Positions 20,771-33,300 of a stretch of 64,000 nt of DNA are shown in pieces; within the stretch, counting starts at the first letter, position 1, and each line of letters opens with the position of its first letter. The stretch covers positions 8,128,001-8,192,000 of the forward strand of contig OZ244207.1 in the NCBI GenBank assembly GCA_965216875.1. The letters run 5' to 3'. This DNA is from Rubripirellula sp. GTDB taxonomy: Bacteria; Planctomycetota; Planctomycetia; Pirellulales; Pirellulaceae. Made by a program: the position numbers and the translations under genes. The notes beneath the pieces were generated by a model. It was not told the origin of the DNA, did not search any database, and saw only the letters and a list, made by a program, of their open reading frames with translations.

Positions 20771-20808
20771 TGCGTTCCAAGCCGGTCGGCTCACAAACCG
20801 ACGACGTC

Positions 20809-21819
20809 CTATAGACCGGTAGATTCGTCGAGTCCAAACATGACGTTCATGTTTTGGATCGCAGCGCCACTTGCCCCTTTGGCCAAATTGTCGATCGCAC
20901 AAACAAGAACGATGCGGCCACCATTTTGACGCGCGGTCATTTGAACGTAATTCGTTCCACTGACATGCTTCGTTGCTGGCAGATGATCGACCACTTTGAT
21001 GAATTCACATCCTTCGTAAGCCTTGCGCCATGTTTGCATGACGTCGTCGCACGACGACCCGCTGGTTGGACGCACGTAGATGGTCGACAAGATGCCTCGA
21101 TCCATCGGCGTCAAATGCGGCGTGAACAGCACTTCGACGTCGGTGCCACTGATGCGTTGGACGAGGTCCGCGATTTCGGGTTGATGACGATGCTGGCCAA
21201 CGGCATAGGCCGAAACCGACTCGTTCGTTTCGCAGTACAGCATCGCGACTTTCGCACCCCGGCCGCCACCACTGACGCCAGTCTTGCTGTCGACAATGAT
21301 ATCGCTCGGTTCGATCAGCCCCGCATCAACAAGAGGCGCGATCGGCAGAATGGCTGATGTTGGATAACAACCAGGATTAGCCACCACGTCAGCCTGGCGG
21401 ATTTGCTCGGCAAAGAACTCGGGCATCCCGTATGCCGTTTTTCCGATTCGCTCTGGCCACGGGTGTTTGACGCCGTACCACGATTCGTACGTCTCAAGGC
21501 TCGAGAGGCGAAAGTCGGCGCTAAAGTCGACGACGCGAAGGTTGTATTCAACAAGTTGTTTGACCGTTTCGGCTGATGCACCGTGCGGCAAACAGCACAT
21601 GGCCACATCACACTTGTCCGCAAACGTCTTGGCGTCAAACGTTTCGATGGTGACGTCGACTCGGCCAGCCAACGAGGGATGAACCTCGTGGATCGGTTTT
21701 CCGGCGTCACCACGGCTCGTTGCGGTGACAAGTTCAGCGTCCGGGTGATTGCATAGCAGTCGGGCGACTTCCAGAGCGGTGTAACCCGTTGCGCCTACGA
21801 TGCCGACACGAATCGTCAT
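20809..21819 (-). CDS. argC: N-acetyl-gamma-glutamyl-phosphate reductase
   Basis: GATGYT, CLPHG, DFSADFR, ANPGCYPT and IDNLAKGASGAAIQNMN. Confidence 0.96.
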   Translation of the reverse strand: MTIRVGIVGATGYTALEVARLLCNHPDAELVTATSRGDAGKPIHEVHPSLAGRVDVTIETFDAKTFADKCDVAMCCLPHGASAETVKQLVEYNLRVVDFSADFRLSSLETYESWYGVKHPWPERIGKTAYGMPEFFAEQIRQADVVANPGCYPTSAILPIAPLVDAGLIEPSDIIVDSKTGVSGGGRGAKVAMLYCETNESVSAYAVGQHRHQPEIADLVQRISGTDVEVLFTPHLTPMDRGILSTIYVRPTSGSSCDDVMQTWRKAYEGCEFIKVVDHLPATKHVSGTNYVQMTARQNGGRIVLVCAIDNLAKGASGAAIQNMNVMFGLDESTGL

Positions 21820-21857
21820 GAAAGTGTTGTGTTTGTTGAGGTTGATTCGGTTGTGTT

Positions 21858-23108
21858 TTAAAGCATGTCTTGATCGACCGCTTCACGTTCATCGGCACTC
21901 AGTTCATACATATCACGAATCAGTTGCCGGTCGCATTCTCGTTGTTCGACCTTGCGTCGCGAGAACATGCGTTGCTGCGTATTGATCATCACGTCAGGCG
22001 GCAGCAACGAAGTCTGGCCGAAAAGCCGAGCGTAGTTGACATAGCTGGGAACGTTTGACGTCACGAAGCCGTACATCATCGTACACACGCCGATGACTTT
22101 GCCAGTGAAAATGCTTGTGTTGATTGCGGTCTTGGAGTAATCGCCGATAAAGCACCCTAAGAACTGCATTCCGGTGGCAACTTTGCGATTGCCGTACGTG
22201 ATATTGATGCGTCCGTAAGTGTTTTTCAGGTCACTGTTGCAGGTGCCGGCGCCTAGATTGATCCAGCTGCCGAGATAACTGTGACCCAGAAAACCATGAT
22301 GCTGTTTGTTCGTAAAAGGTTCGATCACCGACGCTTCGACTTCGCCGCCGATCTTGACGGTGTGCCCAAGTGAGACGCCATCCTTGAGGGCGGCATGTTC
22401 AATCACACGCGTTCCAGCACCGGCATAGACGGGCCCTGACAGAAAACAGAACGGGCCAACTTGGACGTTTTCGTCAAGCAGGATGGGGCCATCGCTTGTG
22501 TCGACAACGGCGTAGTCGCCAATCTCGACCCCTTCTTTGACAAAGACTCCGTCTTCGCGCTGCGTGTAGTTGTCGTTGGCCAGTCGCCATTGCAGTGACG
22601 TGTCCATCTCATTCATGTGCCACTGAACGACATCATGCGGCCAGCCGAATGCGGCCAGAGAAACGTCCGAGGTCGCGGCGTCGCCGGCGATGCGGAGCAG
22701 AGTTTCGACGAGGCTATCTTGTTCGATCGGTTTGCCCGCCAAGTCTGCGGCGCAAATTTTCGCTGCGAGGAAACTGTCATCCTCCGCATCGCGAATGACG
22801 GTCGATTGGCCGCTGTTGGCAATGGCCGCAAGCGAGTCAAAGAGCTCGACACGAGGAACAAGCCTCGCATTGACCAACATGACATCGCCATCGGGAACGG
22901 TGGGTGAAGTCAGACCGTGATCGAGTTCCTGGATCGCACGCAGGTAGGGGCGGACTGCGCCGTGAGCAGTTCCACCCACTCGGTCGGCCAGCCGCTTGAC
23001 GGTATCGACTAAACGCAAACTTGCGCACGTGATCGCGTAGGCAGGGCGAGCTTGTGTGATCGGCCGAAGTTGTTCGACCTGAGCGTCCTCGAAACAAATG
23101 ATCTGCAT
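21858..23108 (-). CDS. Putative sugar nucleotidyltransferase / hexapeptide-repeat acyltransferase (GlmU-like)
   Basis: Start MQIICFED, LRPITQARP, left-handed beta-helix repeats, KQHHGFLGHSYLGSWINLGAGT and GDYSKTAI. Confidence 0.8.
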   Translation of the reverse strand: MQIICFEDAQVEQLRPITQARPAYAITCASLRLVDTVKRLADRVGGTAHGAVRPYLRAIQELDHGLTSPTVPDGDVMLVNARLVPRVELFDSLAAIANSGQSTVIRDAEDDSFLAAKICAADLAGKPIEQDSLVETLLRIAGDAATSDVSLAAFGWPHDVVQWHMNEMDTSLQWRLANDNYTQREDGVFVKEGVEIGDYAVVDTSDGPILLDENVQVGPFCFLSGPVYAGAGTRVIEHAALKDGVSLGHTVKIGGEVEASVIEPFTNKQHHGFLGHSYLGSWINLGAGTCNSDLKNTYGRINITYGNRKVATGMQFLGCFIGDYSKTAINTSIFTGKVIGVCTMMYGFVTSNVPSYVNYARLFGQTSLLPPDVMINTQQRMFSRRKVEQRECDRQLIRDMYELSADEREAVDQDML

Positions 23109-23428
23109 GGTGCCAAGGGTCCGTGCGAATGGCTTGAAGAGCGGCAGTAGCGTTGGGGAAAGCGTGCAGCGGTAACACGCGACGTTCCCGACGAAGACCG
23201 AAACGAGTGGGGCCAAAACGTGTATGGCCGTATTGTGTACGCCACCCACCGTTTCTTGGTAGGGAGGGCACCTGTTTGTTGTTTCATCGAATCGCCCGCG
23301 ATTGGGGATCTGCGGAATATGCGGGATGTATGGCAAAGGAGGAAGGCGGCGAATCGCCGACGACCGGTTTGATTGGGCGGCCATCGTCTCGGCTGGTTAG
23401 ACTCGGCAGTGCACGTGGATGGGAAATC

Positions 23429-23490
23429 GTCGCCTTTCGCTCCGCGAAAGTTGCGTCCTCAAACGCGTCTTTTGCCGAGCAAAAGGCGAC
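23429..23490. repeat. REP-like inverted repeat, family B
   Basis: GTCGCCTTTCGCTCCGCGAAAG ... CTTTTGCCGAGCAAAAGGCGAC. Confidence 0.78.
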
Positions 23491-23591
23491 TGTTGTTACG
23501 ATCGCCGCCGCATTGCCATCTCCGATCACGCCACGTGCCCCACATCTCTTGTCCTCCACTCGTCTCGGCATTCGGCACGCGCGTTGTCGCT

Positions 23592-24710
23592 ATGTTGCTA
23601 ATGCTCGGCTGCTCGCAAATCGCCACGGGACAATCGATAGCGGCTCGGGACGATGATTCGGGTGTTCATCGGTTGGCTGGCAAGCTTGCCAGTGAGAGTT
23701 TTCGAGAACGCGAAATCGCACAACGAAAGTTGCGTCGACTTGCCTCGCAAGATCTGACGATTCGGCAACAGGTGATGACGGCTCTTCAACAGGCCGCGAT
23801 TGAACCCGATCTCGAATGCCGGATCGCAGCGCAGCGGTTGCTCGAGGACATCGAACAAGACGCGTTCGACCACCAAGTTGCGTCGCTGGCAAATCTTGGC
23901 TTGAGTCCGCGGCAAATCGATTTGCCTGGCTGGGACGCCTTCATGCGACTTGCTGGCGACGACCATCATGCAAGGACGGTGTTCGCGACATTGGTGCGCC
24001 GGTTTCAAAAACTGCTTACCCATCCGGATCATCAAAGGCGAGTGGTGACGTCATTGGATCTCTATCAGATTGCGCCCGATGACAAAACGACTTGGATTCT
24101 GGTTCTTGGATCTGCGACTCAGGACGATTCACCTTTGTCGAAGGCCTTCACAGCCAAGCTCGCAAGTCTCTTGGCACACTCGACGATCGCTCCCACGGTT
24201 GCAAGCGACTCCAGTAGTGTTGTGTTGAAACGATTGATAGGGCGATGGATCGAGCGGAACAAAACCACGGTCGCTGCTCGCCAACGCTTGCGCATCGCGA
24301 TGCGATACAAATGTTTTGAAACGGCACGCATGGTGTGCAACGCAGTGTTCGAAAACATGGACGCGCCGGCGTCGTCTCACGTCGCCGCGTTGCTGTGCGG
24401 TTCGGCGGTTGATTTGGATTCGATCGACACACGGCTGCAACATGCCCTGACCGATGAACGCGTGTCGCACGTTTGGCAGATGGTTGTTTCGAGAGAGACG
24501 AAGATACGTACTCAAGTCCGCGACGTCGCATTGGCATTGTTGCTACACCGCGAAGGGATTGACCCTCGAAGCGTCGGTTTCAGAGACTTGCAAGCGGATC
24601 CGATCGTCGTTTACCGCGAGCACAGTTTGGGATTTGCCCTCGATGCCGATCGCGCGGAAGCCCTTCGCAAAGCAACTGCCCTGTTAAAGGCACGAGGGAT
24701 TTCGCTTTAA
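23592..24710 (+). CDS. Hypothetical helical-repeat (HEAT-like) exported protein; start uncertain
   Basis: Long ORF with a LASESFREREIAQRKL HEAT-like segment and TQVRDVALALL. The upstream ORF extension overlaps a repeat. Confidence 0.65.
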   Translation: MLLMLGCSQIATGQSIAARDDDSGVHRLAGKLASESFREREIAQRKLRRLASQDLTIRQQVMTALQQAAIEPDLECRIAAQRLLEDIEQDAFDHQVASLANLGLSPRQIDLPGWDAFMRLAGDDHHARTVFATLVRRFQKLLTHPDHQRRVVTSLDLYQIAPDDKTTWILVLGSATQDDSPLSKAFTAKLASLLAHSTIAPTVASDSSSVVLKRLIGRWIERNKTTVAARQRLRIAMRYKCFETARMVCNAVFENMDAPASSHVAALLCGSAVDLDSIDTRLQHALTDERVSHVWQMVVSRETKIRTQVRDVALALLLHREGIDPRSVGFRDLQADPIVVYREHSLGFALDADRAEALRKATALLKARGISL

Positions 24711-24814
24711 GGTAGTGGACGAGGCAACGAGTCCCATTGGGGCAAACTCGAGAATGCGACTTGAAGATGAGCGGAAGGACACTCGCGGATCGTCATGCAC
24801 AGCATGACCTACGA

Positions 24815-26101
24815 TTACCGCCAATCGGCGGCCAACGCCGGGTTGCTGACCGGTTCCTCTGCTTCGCATTCGGGAACGGCAATGCCGAGGTCCGCGGCAA
24901 GTTGGTCGATCGTTTCCGAATTGAATCGACGGCTGAAAAGGAATTGCTGTTCCCTGTCGTCGATGGTCGCTTTCACGCGGTGGATCACCCAGCCTTTGCA
25001 AATCGATGGATTGCAATCGGCGGGAAGCGGGTGAGATTTTGACGGCATCCACCACAGGCCTTCGTGCAGCGTCCAACCGTCACCCGTATCGTCACGGCGC
25101 AACTTCAATTTGCTCTTGGCCTTAAACGGACCAATCGCCTCGCGTGAAAACACGACCAGCTCTTTGTGCTTGGGTATTCCGTAACTACCGAACACACTCG
25201 ACAAGACCGGATCGAGCACCATGGTGCGATAGAAACGAACTTGTCGGTTGATCCAGCGAAACACGATCGCCGCCATGACCAACAGACAGAGGTTGATGAT
25301 CGTGGCAAGTGTTGGGCTAAACGCATAAACGGCAAGCAACGCGGCGCACAGCGTTTTGTTGCAGATCTCGAAGATCCCGTCGAGCATCGGTACGGGGGTA
25401 AGCCAAACGAGAAACTCGAAGAAGAATTTCACGCTATTGATCACGACGATGTTGATCACCATCGCCAAGGCAAGCAGCGTGTCTGCCGTGAAGCTCATGA
25501 ATCCCATTTGAATCATCGCCACGTCGGTGTCTGCACTTGATGCTTCGAGCGAAGCGGTGACTTTGATTGCCAACAGGATCACGATCACCGAATAGGCTTC
25601 GAGTTGATCGACGGCTTGGGCGAAGGGTTTGCTGACTTTGGTAAATCGTGGCACGCTCGTGATCGTTGTCAGCACCGCAAACGCGATGAACAGCCATTCG
25701 TTTTTGAGCGGCCCCGTTGACCCGACAAGAGCGTTGTTGCTGAGCGATTCGGGGCCCCAAAGTGCGAGTGCGGACAAGCAAGTGACGCCAAAGAACGGAG
25801 AAATCGCGACCGGCGCAAGCGGGCCCATCCATTCCGCGACACCCGATGAGGCGAGCCAAGTGTTGGCCGCTGTGACCTTTTCAGCAGAAAAATCTTTGCC
25901 TTCCAATTCCGATTGCACCTTTTGCGCAATGTCAGAATCGGGGCTCAGGTCCAACGTGGCGGCATCGTCGGCCGCGGCCGCTTCTTCCTCGGTCGCCTGA
26001 GCAACCAGGCTCACTGCGGGTTGCGCCGTGAATTGCTCGTTCCAGCGGATGGTCGGAGCAACCGCAATCACGCAAGCGAAACAAAGAAGGAGAGGTCGCA
26101 T
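24815..26101 (-). CDS. Hypothetical multi-pass membrane protein
   Basis: 428-aa ORF with a signal-like N-terminus and several hydrophobic helices. Confidence 0.7.
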   Translation of the reverse strand: MRPLLLCFACVIAVAPTIRWNEQFTAQPAVSLVAQATEEEAAAADDAATLDLSPDSDIAQKVQSELEGKDFSAEKVTAANTWLASSGVAEWMGPLAPVAISPFFGVTCLSALALWGPESLSNNALVGSTGPLKNEWLFIAFAVLTTITSVPRFTKVSKPFAQAVDQLEAYSVIVILLAIKVTASLEASSADTDVAMIQMGFMSFTADTLLALAMVINIVVINSVKFFFEFLVWLTPVPMLDGIFEICNKTLCAALLAVYAFSPTLATIINLCLLVMAAIVFRWINRQVRFYRTMVLDPVLSSVFGSYGIPKHKELVVFSREAIGPFKAKSKLKLRRDDTGDGWTLHEGLWWMPSKSHPLPADCNPSICKGWVIHRVKATIDDREQQFLFSRRFNSETIDQLAADLGIAVPECEAEEPVSNPALAADWR

Positions 26102-26203
26102 GGTCCACCTGGAGTGTATCGGGAAGTGACTCGCACGCGTATTCTATCGTCGGCCCGCGATCTTGGTTTCACCACGCCAGGAAGCCCCAATATTCCCGAC
26201 CGT

Positions 26204-26304
26204 GTAGGTCATGCTCCGCATGACACGTTCACCAAACGCCCGTTTGTAGTACCGAGCGTTAGCCGGAATCTTCACGTCTTCCGGCCAATGACGGTACTAC
26301 GAAC
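26204..26304. repeat. GTAG-headed REP-like elements (families D and C)
   Basis: GTAGGTCATGCTCCGCATGAC, then the inverted pair GTAGTACCG...CCGGAA ... TTCCGG...CGGTACTAC. Confidence 0.7.
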
Positions 26305-26352
26305 AAATACTGACGGCTCAACGTGTGAGCGTTTGATCCCAATCGACCTGGC

Positions 26353-28443
<2,091 letters not shown>

Positions 28444-28513
28444 TCAAAATGGAGACTGGGAAAGACTCGGAAAGAGAGAAAAAACGGCCACGGCACGATC
28501 GCAATCGCCTCCT

Positions 28514-28602
28514 CGCTCCCTTCGTCGGAATGATCCGTATCAGGTTCAAAGGGTCTTTTCGGCGGCGAGCCAAAAATCTCAGTCCAAACGGACTCCCCTG
28601 CG
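28514..28602 (-). ncRNA. TPP riboswitch (THI element)
   Basis: Minus strand reads GGGGAGTCC...GGACTGAGA...ACCCTTTGAACCTGATACGGATCATTCCGACGAAGGGA, about 80 nt upstream of thiC. Confidence 0.95.
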
Positions 28603-28700
28603 GACGGTTCAGGATAGCGATCACCCCGCTCAATTCAAGGGAGCAAGTCGTGGTCGCGGCGTGCGAGGATTCCCCCTCCGTGAGGTCGATCAATCATCAA

Positions 28701-28746
28701 CACCCTCCTTTTCAAGGAGGGTCGGGCGCTAAAGCCCGGGGAGGTT
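28701..28746. repeat. Palindromic element (ACCCTCCTT-TTC-AAGGAGGGT plus CGGGC...GCCCG hairpin)
   Basis: Two adjacent hairpins in intergenic DNA; only one copy in the window. Confidence 0.4.
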
Positions 28747-29026
28747 TCCCTACCGCCCTCGATTCGCCACCACCGCATAAGCGGCTCACTTGCGATTGCC
28801 TCCGTGCCCCCTGTGAACTCTGTGGCAACAACCGAGGCCACGAACGCGGCAATGCAGCTAACACCAAAGCTGACGGAATCGAATAAAGGCGCGCTCCCAA
28901 AGCACCCCGGTTGAGCCTATCAGCCAACGAGGCGGACTTTTCCTTTTTTGGCAACACCGTCGGCGGCACACTCGCCGACACCCTGGCGACCCGGTCGTCG
29001 GCCCACGAATCGAGAAACCAACCAGG

Positions 29027-30217
29027 ATGACACCACAAAGTCTGCCCGAAACTGGCGGCGAGTCCGTTCAGCCGATCAAGAACCGAATTGCGTTTCTGGA
29101 CGTGCTTCGAGCGTTCGCATTGCTCGGCATCTACATCTCGATCATCCACAGCTTCAACGGCTCGGCTTTGTACGGCAACGAAGCGGTCGCCAGCAGTTTG
29201 GATCATTGGGTCGGCAGACTTGAGTCGTTGCTGATCAACAAACGTTTCATCGGCATCCTGTCGTTGCTGTTCGGCGTCGGCATTGCCATCCAACAAAAGA
29301 ACTTTCAGCAGAAGAACACGCCGTTTACGGGTTACTTCCTCAAACGGATGGCGATTCTGGGCTGTTTCGGGCTCATCAACACAACGTTCTACTTCAACGG
29401 CGAGATTCTCTTGGTCTACGCGATCCTTGGTGTCGTGACATTGGCCATGTCGCGACTGGAGCCCAAGGCGATCGTGTTGTTCGCGGCATTCATCTATCTC
29501 ATTCCCGCCCAGATCTTTGAGGTGACCGCGCGCGACCGTCTGATCGATTGGTTCCAGTGGTTCCCCGACGCCTACTCCGCAGAACGCGTGAAGGAGATCT
29601 ACACCGGAACGGACTTCACCCAGATGGCTCGTCTTCGTTGGACGGAGTACGCCTACATCTACACTGACAACAACTTTCACTTGGCGATGTCGCTGGCCAT
29701 GATCCTGTGGGGATACGTGATCGGCACCAAAGGCAATTACATGAAGTTGATCGATGAACCGATGCGGTTCGCACTGCCGTTTGCGTTCGCCTTAGTTTAC
29801 ACCCTCTTCTTTACGCTCTTTGGCCTGTTCACGGGGCAGACCGACATCATCTTTGCCTACAACCCGATCGGGTATGTCTTCTATGCGATCTTCATGCTGA
29901 CATCGATGTTCGTGTACATCTACCTCGTCCTGCTCGCGTTTCTGTTGCTCGGAAAAGAGAACGCGGTGATGAAAGTGGCAGCCAACAACGGTCGTCTTTG
30001 TTTGACCGGCTATATGGGTGGTGCGTTGGTGTATTCGTTCATCTTTTACGGCATCGGCCTCGGCTGGTACATGAAGTACTCCACAACAACATTCGTCGGC
30101 ATCGCCCTCGTCACCTACCTGCTCTTCACGATCGCAGCACAACTCTGGACCAAGAGATTCACCCAGGGCCCAATGGAATGGCTCTTCCGAAGACTTTCCT
30201 ATGCGCGAATCAAGTGA
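29027..30217 (+). CDS. DUF418 (YeiB-like) membrane protein
   Basis: RIAFLDVLRAFALLGI, LSLLFGVG, GEILLVYA, GRLCLTGY and QGPMEWLFR. Confidence 0.88.
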   Translation: MTPQSLPETGGESVQPIKNRIAFLDVLRAFALLGIYISIIHSFNGSALYGNEAVASSLDHWVGRLESLLINKRFIGILSLLFGVGIAIQQKNFQQKNTPFTGYFLKRMAILGCFGLINTTFYFNGEILLVYAILGVVTLAMSRLEPKAIVLFAAFIYLIPAQIFEVTARDRLIDWFQWFPDAYSAERVKEIYTGTDFTQMARLRWTEYAYIYTDNNFHLAMSLAMILWGYVIGTKGNYMKLIDEPMRFALPFAFALVYTLFFTLFGLFTGQTDIIFAYNPIGYVFYAIFMLTSMFVYIYLVLLAFLLLGKENAVMKVAANNGRLCLTGYMGGALVYSFIFYGIGLGWYMKYSTTTFVGIALVTYLLFTIAAQLWTKRFTQGPMEWLFRRLSYARIK

Positions 30218-30315
30218 AGAAAACGGGGGCAGGTGAATGGCTGAGTCCACGAGTCGAGCGGTCGTCTCCGATGCAGGTGATGCCGCCATCCGTCAGCGAT
30301 CGTTTGACGCGATGA

Positions 30316-33300
30316 CTATTTGCCAAGGTTAAGTCGAAAGAAGGTGAAGTCATCGGGTCCGATCATTCCATCGTTGTCGGCATCAAGGCCTTCGACATAT
30401 CTGGGATCCATCTCGTTGCTTCCAAAGGCGTGTCGGAAGGCGGCGAAGTCATACAAGTCGACCATTCCGTTTCCGTCCTGGTCCCCATATTTTCGATAGA
30501 AACCGTCGACTGCGCCGAATAGATGATCGTCGCCAGCCACACCATCTGCGTTGCCATCCAAAGCCAGCGAAAAGGAGGAGATCTTCGAGGCATCGATCCG
30601 CAATTCGTAGTCGCCATCGAGCAACCCGCCACCAAGATTCACGCTGCCGCCCGGGAGGAAGGTGATGTCCACGACGGATATTCCACTGGAGTTGTCGATT
30701 ACCGGGATCGGTACAACGCCATCGCTACTTCCGATTCGTCGGAACAGAAACGCGTCACTTCCGATGTCGACGATGCGATTGAATTCAACTCGCACGCTCT
30801 TGATTCCGGAGCGTTGTGGATCGCCATCATTGATGATCACTTGGTCAACAACCGGGGGGCCGGGGGAAATCGTGACAAGCACATCTTCGACTTCGCCACT
30901 GATCGCCATCCCGCCCACCGACAGACCACCTTCGTTGCTAATACGGACCCGGGCAAAGGTATTACCCGTCACCACTGCGTCGGTCACCGTGAAATTCAGT
31001 GTTTGCCATCCTGCGATAACGGGGACGTTATCTAGGATCTTTTCACCGATGTCATCCCAATCTCCGTCTCCATTGAAATCCAACCAAGCATCCACTTTCG
31101 CGTTGGCGGCATTTTGCAGATTGATGTTGACCGCGGCTAGCGAGTCGCTATCCGTTAGTGGGCCGAACATCACGCCATCTTCGTTGCCTACGTCCGCACC
31201 TTCAATATCGTCTTGCAGCGCATCGTTGGATGGCTGGCCATCGACTTCTGTATCACGTGAGTCGCCGAGTCGCGGTCCAATCGCACCGTGCACGGCACCG
31301 CCCTGGTCCGCAGTGACAGGATACGATGCGGGCGCGTCACCGTAGTCGGAGAATTGTTGCGCCAAGCGAACAAGGTCGCTTTGGTAAATGGTCTCATGAA
31401 TGACTTGAGTCCCGACGGTGTGGCCATCAGTGACGGCGATCTCCAAGGCAATGGCGGCGTTACTGGCGTCACCGTTGGCAGGAACGACGCCAGCGCGATA
31501 GACAACGGGGTCGATTGGCGGCGAAGGTTGAATGGTGCTGTGCTCGCTTTGATCGGCATCCATCCGCAGCTCTCTGCCGAAATCGAAATCACGGATCTCG
31601 ACCTGTTCCGCAGTGAACTCATCGAGTCCACTTTCGCCGAACAACCGATCGAGATCTTCGCTACCTGTGATCCGGTCGTCGCCGTCACCGCCACGCAATT
31701 CGTCGCGGTCGCTGGCAGCGTGTGAAAACCCAGCCAGCGGTGGTAGTATCTCGATCCCGAATGGACGCATTGGATCGTCGGGAGTCACTTTTATTAGGAA
31801 TGTCCCGGCCGGCCAACGTCGTAGGTCGATCACCCGACTTGGCGGCGATAGTCGTTGCCCCAAATCGTCGAACAACTCGGCTGCCCCGCCGACCACCGTA
31901 ATCTTATTGCCCTCCTGACCATCGCCCAAAGTTGTGAAGCGGTACCACGGCTGCGGCACGACTACGGCAGTGGGCGCGGCATGCCTGATGGTGGCATGAA
32001 ACGCGTTCGGCGTCGCGTCACGCAGTTGTTCATCTTGCGGCCCATCGAAATGGTAATAAGCCGCCAGTAGCGGTTCATCGCCGGCTGGTGGCTGCCCTAC
32101 AGAAGCGCGGATCTGATCCTCCGTGCGCGCCTCGTGCCAAATGCGCAGGTCGTCAAGTACGCCGCGGAGAGGGAAGAGACCTGAGCCCTGCTGTCCGACT
32201 ACGACCTCATCAATCTGGAAGGTTGGGTCGGCGTTGGAAGAGGGCTGCGAAGAATGCAGTTCCGTCGCGACGCCGTCAACGTACAGCATCGGTTCGTCAC
32301 TCTCGCCCCGCACGAGTGCATAGTGGTGCGGAAGACCGTCGATGACCGTGAGTGGAAGCGTCCAATCTCGTGACCCGAAACGAGGATCAAGAAGCCGCGC
32401 GTTGGGCCGATCACTGTCAGGCTGGACCACCAGCGAGAAGTTGTTGAGGGGGCCACTGGCGCCGGAGATGATCGTATGGATATCGGTGCCGGGTGCCAGC
32501 CCCAGTGAGAATTCGATCGTTAGCTCCTCACGGTTGTCCAGGACTTCGCTGGGGAGCATTAGCGAATCATCGAATCCTCCATCAGAATTGAATTGAAGGG
32601 CGAGTTTGCGATTGGATTCGCGAAACACGAACGGTTGCCCATTACCAATGTCAACCAGAAAATCGCCGCTGCCTGTCACGGTTCGATTGGTCAGGTCGGT
32701 CACCTGCGACTCTGGTGGCAGCGATATCCGCTGCGGTGCGCCATAGATGACGTAGGCGCGTCCCGCCGCTTGTTTGATGCGATCGATCCCTCCAGTGGCA
32801 TTCGGCGCGTTGACAATCAAGTCATCAATGCGATCGCCGTTAAGGTCGATCCCCGGCGCGCTCGATTCGGGACCGCTTGTCGTCAGGCCGGCAACGGGAA
32901 TGATCAGATCAGCCTCTGCCAAAGTCAAATGAACAACGGCGTCGGACGTCCCAACCGACCAGAACAAATGGGTTGCCATTGCGTCCCATGAAGTTAACGC
33001 CAGGTCGGTTTCCCCATCATCGTTGAAGTCGCCCGACGTCGCCGACAGCCGATCGGTCGTCGTCGAAACATGCAGGAGTGCGTTCAATTCGGTTGTAATT
33101 GTCGAGCCGCCCTGATAGACGTGCAGTCCCGTGTCATCCGTCCAGGCGATTTCCGCGTATCCGTCATTGTTGAGGTCGCCGACAACTTGGATCTGAAAAT
33201 CGTCGCTCGCATCGCGTAGGGGCGTCGGAATGATCGCGCCGACTGAATGTGTCGGCAACTCGATTCGTTCAACAAACGTTTCGTCCAAGCCGAAGTCGAT

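Noticed and set aside
23109..23591. Long N-terminal extensions of the two divergent ORFs
   Set aside because: They overlap each other and a family B repeat, and their composition is not protein-like.
28712..29680. 322-aa minus-strand ORF
   Set aside because: Antisense to the DUF418 gene, with no recognisable motifs.
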